A stretch of DNA of 64,000 nucleotides from Gemmatimonadota bacterium. Its GTDB lineage: Bacteria > Gemmatimonadota > Gemmatimonadetes > Longimicrobiales > RSA9. The notes under the pieces were generated by a model. It was not told the origin of the DNA. It did not search any database and worked only from the letters and a program-made list of their open reading frames with translations. A program made the position numbers and the translations under genes. Of the stretch, positions 1-9,277 are shown one piece after another (the first letter of the stretch is position 1; each line of letters starts with the position of its first letter). The stretch is from positions 1,736-65,735 of the forward strand of contig JBDLIA010000006.1 of the NCBI GenBank assembly GCA_039715185.1, written 5' to 3'.

Positions 1-2
1 GA

Positions 3-1799
3 GCCGAGGAGACCGGCTATACGTGGTCGGTCACCGCGGGGATCCTGCCCCCGGGACTCGACCTGTCGGCGGACGGCGTGCTCGGCGGCGTTCCGACGGT
101 GGATGGCGTGTTCCCGTTCACGATTCGCGCGACCGACATCGACGGGATCGGCGGCGAGCGCGCCTACGACGCCCGGATTTGCCAGGGTGCGTTGCTGCTG
201 GCCGTGGGCGAGGTCGATATCACCACGTACCCCAACCCGTGCCCACCCCTGCTGCCGGCGTCCGACGCGGGCACATACCGCGTGGGCGTGATGGCACGCG
301 GCCAGGATCGCATCTGGACTCGCGAAGTGGCCGGAGGACTGGCGCTCAACGCCGCGACGGAGGGTCAAGCGGCCATGGGAGCCGGCCTGCGTGTCGATGA
401 GCCCCAGCTTCCGCAAATCGACGGGTCGGTCGCTCTCCAGATCGCGCCCGATCCCACGACCGGGTGGTACCACGAGGAGACCATAGAGGCCGTCGGCCGC
501 TCGTTCCGACCGCGTGTGAACGCGACTGGTACCCACGCCGCGCTTCTCGCCGACCCGGCTCCTCACCGTGAATTCCTGGTGTTCGGCGACGCAGACCAGC
601 TCGTCACCGTCGGCGCTACGCTGAGGGCTTTCTCGGAGACCGTCGCGTACTACGAGGAGGACGGACTCGTGGCCGCGGGCGGCACCCGGTACTCCGACCA
701 GGACATCCAGGAGGTCCTGGCGTATCACGATCTGCATTCCCATCCCGTGCTAACGGAGGCGTTCGGGGGCTACGGGCCACCCGGGACGGTCCAGGTGTTC
801 ACCGACGACGCGGGCAACGTCCTGGACAAGCAGGTCGGAGACCTGGACGGCAACGGCCGCCTCGTGGCTCTGCAACTGAGACTCGACTGGATGCGTGGGG
901 CCATAGGCTTCGTGGCGTTCTGCGACTTGGTCCCGCGTCCAGAGCACGCGGTCGAGGGGTTTGCGAGCTGCCCGGCGAGCAACGAGAGCGAGATCATCTA
1001 CGTGCGCGCGCCCGGCAAGGCGCTCTTCGCGCACGAAGCCAAGCACGTGAGTAGCGGCGGCTGGTTCACCTACGGCGGCAGGGAACCTCACCGCGCCCCC
1101 TGGATCGAAGAGGGCACGGCGGTGCTGGCCTCGGAGCTCGCCAGCCGGCACGCCGCGGGCGTGGCGCCAACACAGCGCATCGGAGCCGCGGATGTCTACG
1201 TAGCCGGACAGCGGCCCGTTCCGGACGACCCGTCCTACCTGATGTGGGCCGCGACCGTGACCGGATATAACTATCTGGCCGCTGCGCCGTTCTCGGGGAT
1301 CACGGGGGATCCGAACCCCAACCCTAACGGCTCATCCTTCTACGGCGCGTCCTGGCTGTTCCACCGCTATGTGCTGGATCAGTACGGAGCCGGTGACCCG
1401 CATGGTCTCATGCGGCGGCTGAACACCGTTTCGGGTGGCGTCGCGGGACTGGAGGCGGAGACCGGTAGACCGATAGCCTCCCTCTTCACGGAGCTGATGG
1501 AGGCCGCGCTCGTGGACGACGAGCCGGCCGCCCGCTCGGCGGCGGCGCACCGATTCCAGAGCTACGACTTCGGCGACATCATCGAAAGCGATCCGGCTGG
1601 CGTCACCTGGCCGCCGTTCATTGCGAGAGTCGGCTTCGGCGCCGGCACCTGGGATCTGCCCACCTGGGAGACGTCTTCGAACCTGTTCGAGTTCGTCGCA
1701 TCCGGCACGCAGGACCAGCTTCTGTCGCTGACGCGAGGCGACGGCACAGAGGTCACGCCCGAACACGATGTCGCCCTGCTGGTCGTGCGGGTGCGCTGA
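3..1799 (+). CDS. Exported Ig-like-repeat / HExxH metallopeptidase-like protein (5' end outside window)
   Basis: The frame of listed ORF 78..1799 is already open from base 3 (AEETGYTWSVTAGILPPGLDLSADGVLGGVPTVDGVFPFTIRATD, a 'putative Ig' repeat signature). HEAKH (HExxH) zinc-site motif mid-protein. G/C-rich third codon positions. Confidence 0.6.
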   Translation, partial: AEETGYTWSVTAGILPPGLDLSADGVLGGVPTVDGVFPFTIRATDIDGIGGERAYDARICQGALLLAVGEVDITTYPNPCPPLLPASDAGTYRVGVMARGQDRIWTREVAGGLALNAATEGQAAMGAGLRVDEPQLPQIDGSVALQIAPDPTTGWYHEETIEAVGRSFRPRVNATGTHAALLADPAPHREFLVFGDADQLVTVGATLRAFSETVAYYEEDGLVAAGGTRYSDQDIQEVLAYHDLHSHPVLTEAFGGYGPPGTVQVFTDDAGNVLDKQVGDLDGNGRLVALQLRLDWMRGAIGFVAFCDLVPRPEHAVEGFASCPASNESEIIYVRAPGKALFAHEAKHVSSGGWFTYGGREPHRAPWIEEGTAVLASELASRHAAGVAPTQRIGAADVYVAGQRPVPDDPSYLMWAATVTGYNYLAAAPFSGITGDPNPNPNGSSFYGASWLFHRYVLDQYGAGDPHGLMRRLNTVSGGVAGLEAETGRPIASLFTELMEAALVDDEPAARSAAAHRFQSYDFGDIIESDPAGVTWPPFIARVGFGAGTWDLPTWETSSNLFEFVASGTQDQLLSLTRGDGTEVTPEHDVALLVVRVR

Positions 1800-1849
1800 A
1801 ACCCGACCGGGACGTGTGACCCCGACCGCCGCCGCTTGGCCGGTCGGCG

Positions 1850-2416
1850 TCAGCGCCTGCGTTTACAGCTCGACGTCCAACCAGGGTCGTCGCCGCCGGA
1901 GTGCCAGTCGAAGCCCTGGTCGGTGATGTTGTGGAAGGTCAGCGCTGGGCCCTCAGTGCGGCCCTCTCGGCGGATGTGGATCTCGTCGCCCACCTGCCGC
2001 CCCTGCCACGCGCTGCTCTGGTAGCCCGGCATGCGGAAGAAGGTCACGCGCCAGGATTCGGTCTCCGAATCGAAGATGCGCACGTTCGAGGTGAAGAACG
2101 TCGGCGTCCAGTAGTGGTCCTGGATGCCGAAGCCGTTCAGGAAGTAGCGCGCGTTCCATATCGCCGGGAACTCGTTGCGAGATCCATCCGCCTGCCTCAC
2201 CGAGTCCACGCAGTCGAACTCGCCGATGAAGAACGCGAACTGGCCGAGCTCGGGCGGCGCCTCGGGGTTGGGCCGGCCGAAGGGAAATGCGGGGCTGGGG
2301 GCGTAGCGCGTATCGACCTCCTCCTGCTCCTGGGCCAAAGCGGGCGACGCGCTGGCGCCAAGCGCCGAGGCAACGAAAGCCAGTCCGGCCGCGAATCTGG
2401 TGGGCGAATCGATCAT
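1850..2416 (-). CDS. Secreted hypothetical protein
   Basis: Listed ORF 1850..2524. The internal ATG at 2416 gives a clean signal peptide MIDSPTRFAAGLAFVASALGASASPALAQ. No assignable motif. Confidence 0.55.
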   Translation of the reverse strand: MIDSPTRFAAGLAFVASALGASASPALAQEQEEVDTRYAPSPAFPFGRPNPEAPPELGQFAFFIGEFDCVDSVRQADGSRNEFPAIWNARYFLNGFGIQDHYWTPTFFTSNVRIFDSETESWRVTFFRMPGYQSSAWQGRQVGDEIHIRREGRTEGPALTFHNITDQGFDWHSGGDDPGWTSSCKRRR

Positions 2417-2693
2417 CGTTCTCCGGTGTCGAGATTCCGCGCCCGCGCCGGGTCTGCCGTCGACTCCGAGAGGGATTCCCGGAGGTAAGGACAGGCGCCG
2501 GTCACGAGGGCGTCCATCGTACAACGATCGAGGCCCCCCAGTAGCCTACGACCCCGACTGTAACAACGGGAATTACCTTACGACCGGTCGGGTCCTCCCC
2601 TACAGTCCGATCCCCTTTGCGTCACAAGATTACTTCCATGAACCAGCATCCCGACGACACCGAAAAACAGTCCTCCCAACGCGGAGGAGACCA

Positions 2694-3926
2694 GTGAAGA
2701 ACATCGTGATTCTCGGCGCCGGAACCGGCGGGACGATGATGGCCGCGAAGCTCCGTCGGGCGCTCGATCCCGACGAGTGGAGCCTCACCGTCATCGACCG
2801 GGATGACCGGCACATATATCAGCCCGGCCTGCTCTTCCTGCCCTTCGGCATGTACAACGAGCGGGACCTCTTCAAGCCCCGATCTCGCTTCATTCCCTCC
2901 GGCGTAGCGATGGTCTTCGGCGAAATCGACGTGATCGAGCCGGAGCAGAACCGCGTACGGATGGCGGGCGGAAGGACCCTGGATTACGACCTCCTCATCA
3001 TCGCCACCGGAAGCCGCATCGCCCCGGAGGACACGGAAGGCATGACGGCCGCCGGCTGGCGAGACAGCGTCTTCGACTTCTACACGCTGGAGGGTGCCCA
3101 GGCGCTCGGCCGGTCTCTGCAGCGCTTCGACGGTGGGCAGCTCGTCGTTCACATGACCGACATGCCCATCAAGTGCCCCGTGGCCCCCCTGGAGTTCGCC
3201 TTCCTCGCGGACTGGTACCTGCGGGAGAACGGGCTGCGGGAGAAGACCCGGCTGACCTACGTGACCTCCCTCTCGGACGCCTTCACCAAGCCTCGCGCCT
3301 CCGCGGCCCTGGCGGACCTCCTGCGCACGAAGGAGATCGAGATCGAACCCGATTTCGCCGCCGCTTCGGTCGATGGATCGGCCGGCGTGCTGAAGAGCTG
3401 GGATGATAGGGAGGTGCCGTTCGACATGCTCGTCACCGTCCCGATCCACAGGGGCAGCGAGGTGATCGCCCGCTCCGGCATGGGAGACGACCTGGACTTC
3501 GTGCCCACCGATCCATACACGCTGGTCGCGCGGGATTGGCCCAACGTGTTCGTGATCGGCGACGCGACCGACGTGCCGACGTCGAAGGCGGGATCGGTGG
3601 CCCACTTCGAGTCCGAGATCCTGTTCGACAACGTGCTCAGGTGGGTGGGCGGCCGCGAGCCGGTGTCCGCCTTCGATGGCCACGCGAACTGCTTCATCGA
3701 GACGGGCTTCGGCAAGGCGGTGCTGCTCGACTTCAACTACGACACGGAACCCCTGCCAGGGAAGTTCCCGCTCCCCGGCCTCGGCCCCCTCTCGCTGCTC
3801 GCCGAGAGCGAAGCGAACCACTGGGGCAAGCTGGCCTTCCGCAGCGTCTACTGGAATCTGCTGATGAGGGGTGCGGACCTCAGCGCCGTCGGGCCGGCCA
3901 TGCCGATGGCGGGGAAGTGGACCTGA
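2694..3926 (+). CDS. Sulfide:quinone oxidoreductase-like NAD(P)/FAD-dependent oxidoreductase
   Basis: Inside ORF 2400..3926. GTG at 2694 is preceded by GGAGGAGA (2683-2690). Rossmann motif VILGAGTGG. IKCPVAPLEF and VIGDATDVPTSKAG motifs are typical of SQR-type flavoproteins. Confidence 0.8.
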   Translation: MKNIVILGAGTGGTMMAAKLRRALDPDEWSLTVIDRDDRHIYQPGLLFLPFGMYNERDLFKPRSRFIPSGVAMVFGEIDVIEPEQNRVRMAGGRTLDYDLLIIATGSRIAPEDTEGMTAAGWRDSVFDFYTLEGAQALGRSLQRFDGGQLVVHMTDMPIKCPVAPLEFAFLADWYLRENGLREKTRLTYVTSLSDAFTKPRASAALADLLRTKEIEIEPDFAAASVDGSAGVLKSWDDREVPFDMLVTVPIHRGSEVIARSGMGDDLDFVPTDPYTLVARDWPNVFVIGDATDVPTSKAGSVAHFESEILFDNVLRWVGGREPVSAFDGHANCFIETGFGKAVLLDFNYDTEPLPGKFPLPGLGPLSLLAESEANHWGKLAFRSVYWNLLMRGADLSAVGPAMPMAGKWT

Positions 3927-3928
3927 CC

Positions 3929-4909
3929 ATGAACGAGTCGATGCCCTGGTCGACCGAAGCCGAGCGCTCGGAAGGGCTGCGCGAAGAACTCGGACGACTG
4001 AACGACAAGCTCGATCGCCTCACCACGTCGATCGCTCTGCTGGATCGACGCCGCAGCGAGGCGGAAGAGATGGTGGCGGATATGATGCCCGCGGCCAACG
4101 GCGCGGTGCGCCTGGCCGCCGACCGGCTCTGGGAGCTGGAGAAGAACGGCGTCCTGGAGACCGCCAGGGAAGGCGCGGCGGCGGCCGCGTTCGCGGCGCG
4201 ACAGGTCGCCCCGGCGGATCTGCGGGACCTGGCCATGAACGCCGGCTTGGCGGTTCGCATGTTGGGCGACCTCACGGGGCCGGAGATGGCGACGCTGTCC
4301 GAGCGCACCGTGCGCGCGCTGCGAGAAGCGCGCACGGGGACGCCGCCGACAGCGTTCGCTCTCGCCAGGAAGCTGCGCCAGCCGCACGTCCGGCGCGGCC
4401 TGGGCGCGGCGCTCGCGATCCTGGAGGCGCTCGGCGAGGGCGCGCATCCCGTCACCCCGGGTGAGGCGATCGCCCCCACCACGAGCGCGCCTCCGCGCGA
4501 GCGCGCCCGTCCGGCGGCCGCTCCTATGGCGCGGCCTGCGCAAGCGGCGGTCTCATCGACCCCGGCGACCGCTCCCAGGACGGGACCGGACGGCCGGGGG
4601 ATGGTGGTCGGGGACCGCACCGTTCCGCTCGACGCCGACGGATTCCTGGTCGACCCCGCGGACTGGTCGCCCGACGTGGCCGAGACCCTGGCGGCGCAGG
4701 TGGGCATCGGCCCCCTCGACGGCGACCACTGGAAAGTGATCGAATTCTGCCGCTCCGACGCGGGCCCCATGGGAGTTGCTCCCGGGCTGCGTCGCATCAC
4801 CAAGGAGCTCGAGATTTCTCCCAAGGACATGTACCGGCTCTTCCCCAAGGGTCCCGGCATGCTGGCGGCCAGACTGGCCGGGCTGGGCAAGCCCAAGAGC
4901 TGCGTTTGA
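3929..4909 (+). CDS. DUF1641-like N-terminal domain fused to TusE/DsrC-family sulfur-relay domain
   Basis: ATG at 3929, 2 nt after the upstream stop. The N-terminal ~170 aa are helical and end ...LRQPHVRRGLGAALAILEALGEG (DUF1641-like). A Pro/Ala-rich linker follows. The C-terminal part DADGFLVDPADWSPDVAE...HWKVIEFCR...ISPKDMYRLFPKGP...GKPKSCV matches TusE/DsrC, with the penultimate Cys. Confidence 0.75.
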   Translation: MNESMPWSTEAERSEGLREELGRLNDKLDRLTTSIALLDRRRSEAEEMVADMMPAANGAVRLAADRLWELEKNGVLETAREGAAAAAFAARQVAPADLRDLAMNAGLAVRMLGDLTGPEMATLSERTVRALREARTGTPPTAFALARKLRQPHVRRGLGAALAILEALGEGAHPVTPGEAIAPTTSAPPRERARPAAAPMARPAQAAVSSTPATAPRTGPDGRGMVVGDRTVPLDADGFLVDPADWSPDVAETLAAQVGIGPLDGDHWKVIEFCRSDAGPMGVAPGLRRITKELEISPKDMYRLFPKGPGMLAARLAGLGKPKSCV

Positions 4910-4921
4910 GGAGGTTTGACC

Positions 4922-5449
4922 ATGAGCACGACAATGACCGATCCGCGGATGGAAACAGGCCTGGCCGCGCCGGCAACCGGAGAAGCACCGGCGCGGCGCA
5001 AGGTGGCCATCATCTGCTCGAAGGGCAGCCTGGACATGGCCTACCCCGGCCTCATCATGGCCAACGCCGCCCGCATGATGGACATAGACGCCATGATCTT
5101 CTTCACCTTCTGGGGCCTCGATGTGGTGCGTGAGAAGACCGTGGACAAGCTCCAGCCGGGCATCGTCGGTAACCCGGCGATGCACATGCCGCACATGGTG
5201 AGCGGATTGCCCGGAATGGGCGCCATGGCGGGCCGCATGATGCGCAAGCAGATCGACGCGATCGAAGTGCCACCGGTGCGGGAGCTGCTCGAGACGCTCG
5301 AGGAGTCGGGCGCGGAGCTGTATGCCTGCCACATGGCCATGGACATGATGGGCTTCACGAAAGAGGACCTGATACCGCAGGTCCACGATGTGATCACGGC
5401 GATGGAGTTTTACGAAAAGACGGAGGGTGCTCAGATCATTTTCGTCTGA
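4922..5449 (+). CDS. DsrE/DsrF/DrsH-like sulfur-transfer protein
   Basis: ATG at 4922, 7 nt after GAGGAGG (4908-4914). KVAIICSKGSLDMAYPG and the conserved-Cys segment LYACHMAMDMMGF are typical of DsrE3-type proteins. Confidence 0.8.
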   Translation: MSTTMTDPRMETGLAAPATGEAPARRKVAIICSKGSLDMAYPGLIMANAARMMDIDAMIFFTFWGLDVVREKTVDKLQPGIVGNPAMHMPHMVSGLPGMGAMAGRMMRKQIDAIEVPPVRELLETLEESGAELYACHMAMDMMGFTKEDLIPQVHDVITAMEFYEKTEGAQIIFV

Positions 5450-5523
5450 ACCACCTGAGTCCGAAGGAGGAGGCGCGCGGGACCGCACCCTCCGTCGTCG
5501 AACGCCACAATCAGGAGGATCTG

Positions 5524-7026
5524 ATGAATACAAGAGCGATGCGGCCCGGCACCGTGCTGGCCGCCCTCGCGATGGGTCTGGTCGCCGCGCCCTCGGCGGC
5601 CCAGACCAACGGCTACGTTCTCCACTGCATGTCCGCGCGCGCCGCCGGCCAGGGGTGTGTAACCCGCGCCCAACCGGCTCTGCCTTCCAGCCTCTTCCGC
5701 GATCCCGCGGGCCTCGCGGCCTTCGACCGGGCCATGCTGGAGGTCAACGCGGCGCCCTTCCTGCCCTCCATAACGTTCGAGAACGCGGCGAACACCAGGG
5801 TGGACGGTACGCGGCACGTGTACCCCCTGGGCAGCGTCGCCTTCGTGGGACGTCCGCTTGGCGACCTGGCCTGGGCGGTGGGTTTCGAGCCCATCGGCGG
5901 CTTCGGCTCCGACTTTCAGTTGAAGCATGAATTGCTGAGCGGATCCACCGGTGATCTCATCGACTACGAGAGCTACTTCGCAGCCGCGAAGGCGGGCCCG
6001 GCGGTCGCCTACGAGTTGGCACCCGGACTCTCGGTGGGAGCCAGCGCGAGCCTCGTCTACGGCCAGATTCGCGACTTCCGGATGCCGTTCTCGATGCCGC
6101 CTAGCACAGCGAAGGGCATGGCCGCGATTCCGGGGCTGGACCCGGCCGTATACGGCCCGCTGTTCCAGCAGTTCACGGAATTGACCGCCTACGGCAACTC
6201 CGAAGGCTTTTCCGGATTCACCTGGGCGGCCGATCTGGGCATCGGCTACCGACGTGCCTCCGGCTTCGCGGTGTCGGCGTCCTGGGCCCCCGAGCGAGCT
6301 CTCGAGGTGGATGGTGGCGGGGCGCTGATCGACATGAGCGCGCAATTCGGGCAGATGATGATGGCAATGGTGTCGGCGCGGGCGGAAGCCTATCAGGAGG
6401 ATCTCGGGCAGGCGCAGGCCGCCGTGCTGGACCAGCTCGCGGCCGCCGGCATCGATCCCTCGGTGGGTATGGCCGCCGCGTACGAAGCGGCCACCACCAT
6501 CACCCTGCCCATGACCGCCGGCCTGGGCATGAGCGTGCCTCTCACCGGCGCATGGAAGGTATCCGGAGAAGCCGAATGGAGGCGTTGGTCGACCGCCGAG
6601 GACGTGATGCCGTTCAGGCTCACCGGCGGCGAGAACGCGAACATCAACCTCATGGTGAACGGCGACCCGGCCGACGGGAGCTTCACCTATCCCTTCCCGC
6701 TGCACTGGCAGGACACGTGGACGGTGAAGCTGGGAACCGAGTACGCGCTGGGCTCGACCGCGCTGCGCACGGGCTTCATCTATGGCGAGAACCCGGTGCC
6801 GCACAACACCGTGTTCATCACCTTCCCGGCGATCTGCACGCGGGCCCTGACCGCGGGAGTGGGCTGGACGCTGTGGGGCTTCCCGCTGGACGCCTCCTAC
6901 GTGTACACGTCCGATCACGAGGCGCTAGGTCCGGACGCCGGGCACCTGCTGGGCACCGAGTACAATCAGAGCCGGACCACGATGAACGAGAGCACGTTCA
7001 CGATCGGCACGACGCTACCCTTCTGA
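5524..7026 (+). CDS. Outer-membrane beta-barrel transport protein (OMPP1/FadL/TodX-like)
   Basis: RBS CAGGAGGA upstream. Signal peptide ...GLVAAPSAAQ. C-terminal aromatic terminus ...TIGTTLPF. FadL-like N-terminal segment (RDPAGLAAF). Family assignment is by eye only. Confidence 0.65.
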   Translation: MNTRAMRPGTVLAALAMGLVAAPSAAQTNGYVLHCMSARAAGQGCVTRAQPALPSSLFRDPAGLAAFDRAMLEVNAAPFLPSITFENAANTRVDGTRHVYPLGSVAFVGRPLGDLAWAVGFEPIGGFGSDFQLKHELLSGSTGDLIDYESYFAAAKAGPAVAYELAPGLSVGASASLVYGQIRDFRMPFSMPPSTAKGMAAIPGLDPAVYGPLFQQFTELTAYGNSEGFSGFTWAADLGIGYRRASGFAVSASWAPERALEVDGGGALIDMSAQFGQMMMAMVSARAEAYQEDLGQAQAAVLDQLAAAGIDPSVGMAAAYEAATTITLPMTAGLGMSVPLTGAWKVSGEAEWRRWSTAEDVMPFRLTGGENANINLMVNGDPADGSFTYPFPLHWQDTWTVKLGTEYALGSTALRTGFIYGENPVPHNTVFITFPAICTRALTAGVGWTLWGFPLDASYVYTSDHEALGPDAGHLLGTEYNQSRTTMNESTFTIGTTLPF

Positions 7027-7108
7027 CTCAGGTCGGCCGTCGTCGCCCGTGCAGGGCGGCGACGGCCAGCCTCCCCTCCTCCCAGCCTTCCACTGCCCTC
7101 TCGTGCGC

Positions 7109-8830
7109 CTAGGCGGAAATCTCGTGCGCGGGTCCCGCCCCCGAGGGCACCCGGATGGAGTCCACCAGGGCGCCCACGTGCGCCGGTGGCGGCGGCGTGA
7201 GCGCGGAAACGACAAGGGCCACGCCGAAGTTGACGAGCATGCCCAGCGCACCGATGCCCTCGGGCGAGACGCCAAACCACCAGTTCTCCGGGACGTTGGC
7301 GGCGGGGTTCACGAACTTGAAGTAGACGATGTAGGCCGCCGTGAACGTGATCCCGCTGACCATGCCGGCGATGGCGCCTTCCCGGTTCATGCGCCGGGAG
7401 AATATCCCCAGCAGCAGGATCGGGAAGAACGAGGAAGCCGCCAGCCCGAACGCGAACGCGACGACCTCCGCCACGAACCCGGGAGGATCGATCCCCAGGT
7501 AGCCCGCGACTATCACCGCGGCGCCGGCCGCGACGCGCGCCGCGATCAACTCGCCGCGCTCGCTGATCGTGGGTCGCAGCGCGCGCTTGAGCAGGTCGTG
7601 GCTCACCGCCGACGACACCACCAGGAGGAGGCCTGCCGCCGTGGAAAGCGCGGCGGCCAGCCCGCCCGCCGCCACCAGCCCCACCACCCAGTTGGGCAGG
7701 CGCGCGATCTCCGGGTTGGCCAGCACCATGATGTCCTGGTCTATGGTCAGCTCGTTGCGCACGGGCTCGCCCGCCGGGTCGGTGGCGTCCGGGCCGACGA
7801 ACTGGATGTGCCCGTCGCCGTTGTGGTCCTCGTACGCGATGAGCCCCGTCGATTCCCAGGTCGTGAACCACTCGGGGACCTCCGCGTACGGCCGGCCCGA
7901 GACGGTATTCAGGAGGTTGGTCCGGGCGAACGCCGCCACCGCCGGCGCGGTCGTGTACAGCAGCGCGATGAACAGCAGCGCCCAGCCGACGCTCGCCCGC
8001 GCGTCGCGCACCCGCGGGACGGTGTAGAAGCGGATGATCACGTGCGGCAGGCCGGCCGTCCCGACCATGAGCGCCGCCGTGATGGCCAGCACGTCGATGG
8101 TCGATTTCACCCCCGACGTGTACGCCGCGAACCCCAGCTCCGCGTGCAGTCCGTCCAGGCGCTCGAGCAGGAACGTTCCGCTGGCCTGGTCCACGCCGCC
8201 GAACCCCAGTTGCGGGATCGCCTTGCCGGCTATCAGGAGCGACAGGAAGATCGCCGGCACCAGATACGCGAAGATCAGCACGCAGTACTGCGCCACCTGC
8301 GTATAGGTGATCCCCTTCATGCCGCCCAGCACGGCGTAGAAGAAGACGATGCCCATGCCGATCATGACGCCCACGTGGACCGGCACTTCCAGGAAGCGGC
8401 TGAACACGATGCCGACGCCGCGCATCTGCCCCGCCACGTACGTGAACGAGATGAACACCGCGCACACCACGGCCACTATGCGCGCGGTCTGCGAGTAGTA
8501 TCGATCGCCCACGAAGTCCGGGACGGTGTACGCGCCGAACTTCCTCAGGTAGGGCGCCAGCAGCAGCGCCAGGAGCACGTAGCCGCCCGTCCAGCCCATC
8601 AGGAAGACGGAGCCGTCGTAGCCCCGGAAGGCGATCAGGCCGGCCATGGATATGAACGACGCGGCGGACATCCAGTCGGCCGCCGTGGCCATGCCGTTCG
8701 CGAGCGGCGGCACCCCGCCACTCGCCACGTAGAAGTCGCGCGTGGACCCGGCCCGCGACAGGATCGCGACGCCGATGTACAGCGCGAAGGAGAGCGCGAC
8801 GAGCGTGAACGTCCAGGCCTGGACGTTCAC
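7109..8830 (-). CDS. actP: Cation/acetate symporter (sodium:solute symporter family)
   Basis: 573-aa polytopic protein. N-terminus ...RDFYVASGGVPPLANGMATAADWMSAASFISMAGLIAFRGYDG is characteristic of ActP. Preceded by its usual DUF4212 partner. Confidence 0.85.
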   Translation of the reverse strand: MNVQAWTFTLVALSFALYIGVAILSRAGSTRDFYVASGGVPPLANGMATAADWMSAASFISMAGLIAFRGYDGSVFLMGWTGGYVLLALLLAPYLRKFGAYTVPDFVGDRYYSQTARIVAVVCAVFISFTYVAGQMRGVGIVFSRFLEVPVHVGVMIGMGIVFFYAVLGGMKGITYTQVAQYCVLIFAYLVPAIFLSLLIAGKAIPQLGFGGVDQASGTFLLERLDGLHAELGFAAYTSGVKSTIDVLAITAALMVGTAGLPHVIIRFYTVPRVRDARASVGWALLFIALLYTTAPAVAAFARTNLLNTVSGRPYAEVPEWFTTWESTGLIAYEDHNGDGHIQFVGPDATDPAGEPVRNELTIDQDIMVLANPEIARLPNWVVGLVAAGGLAAALSTAAGLLLVVSSAVSHDLLKRALRPTISERGELIAARVAAGAAVIVAGYLGIDPPGFVAEVVAFAFGLAASSFFPILLLGIFSRRMNREGAIAGMVSGITFTAAYIVYFKFVNPAANVPENWWFGVSPEGIGALGMLVNFGVALVVSALTPPPPAHVGALVDSIRVPSGAGPAHEISA

Positions 8831-9102
8831 GAGCCGTCCTCGTCCAGGCCGAACTCCCGGTCCAGCCGATTCATCAGGCGCACGTAGATGAAGATCAGGA
8901 CGACGAAGACGTAGATGGATCCCTGCTGCGCGAACCAGAAACCGAGCGGGAAACCGGTGCCCGGGATGCGGATCCGGTCGAGTTGCTCCACGAACAGGAT
9001 GCCTGCGCCGTAGGACACCGCGAACCAGACGACGAGCAGCGCGCCGACGTAGCGCAGGTTGCGGCGCCAGTAGGCCGACTGACGGCGTTTCGGCTGGGGC
9101 AT
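8827..9102 (-). CDS. DUF4212 small membrane subunit associated with solute symporter
   Basis: Listed ORF 8827..9174; internal ATG at 9102 is preferred. FPLGFWFAQQGSIYVFVVLIFIYV motif. 4-nt overlap with the actP start. Confidence 0.75.
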   Translation of the reverse strand: MPQPKRRQSAYWRRNLRYVGALLVVWFAVSYGAGILFVEQLDRIRIPGTGFPLGFWFAQQGSIYVFVVLIFIYVRLMNRLDREFGLDEDGS

Positions 9103-9214
9103 CACCCGTCGCTCCCGGTATCTGAGGATTTCAAGGCAGCGCCGAAGATCGTAGAGCGCAGGGGCCGGCGGCAAACCCGCAGTCGAGCGGAGCGAGGTCG
9201 AGCGCTCCGCGCGC

Positions 9215-9254
9215 CTACGTCATCTGCCCGCCCCATCTACGTCACCCTACGTAG
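9215..9254. promoter_or_regulatory. Three phased CTACGT(C/A)(A/G) repeats in a divergent intergenic region (candidate operator)
   Basis: CTACGTCA at 9215 and 9237, CTACGTAG at 9247. Start-to-start spacing is 22 and 10 nt, so all three sit on the same helix face. Located between the DUF4212-actP operon (minus) and the GNAT/ThiF operon (plus). Confidence 0.3.
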
Positions 9255-9277
9255 ACATCCACGATCGCGCCCGCGCC

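Noticed and set aside
5431-8887. Long antisense ORFs 5431..6918 (-), 6966..8465 (-) and 7049..8887 (+). Similar ones occur elsewhere: 21523..23496, 24809..26869, 25743..27728, 37620..39125, 39788..41038, 47645..48829, 49025..51397 and 56474..58195.
   Set aside because: All are opposite or out of frame to genes with recognisable family motifs. Their proteins are dominated by R, G, P, A, H and D runs. This is expected in GC-rich DNA, where stop codons are rare in every frame.
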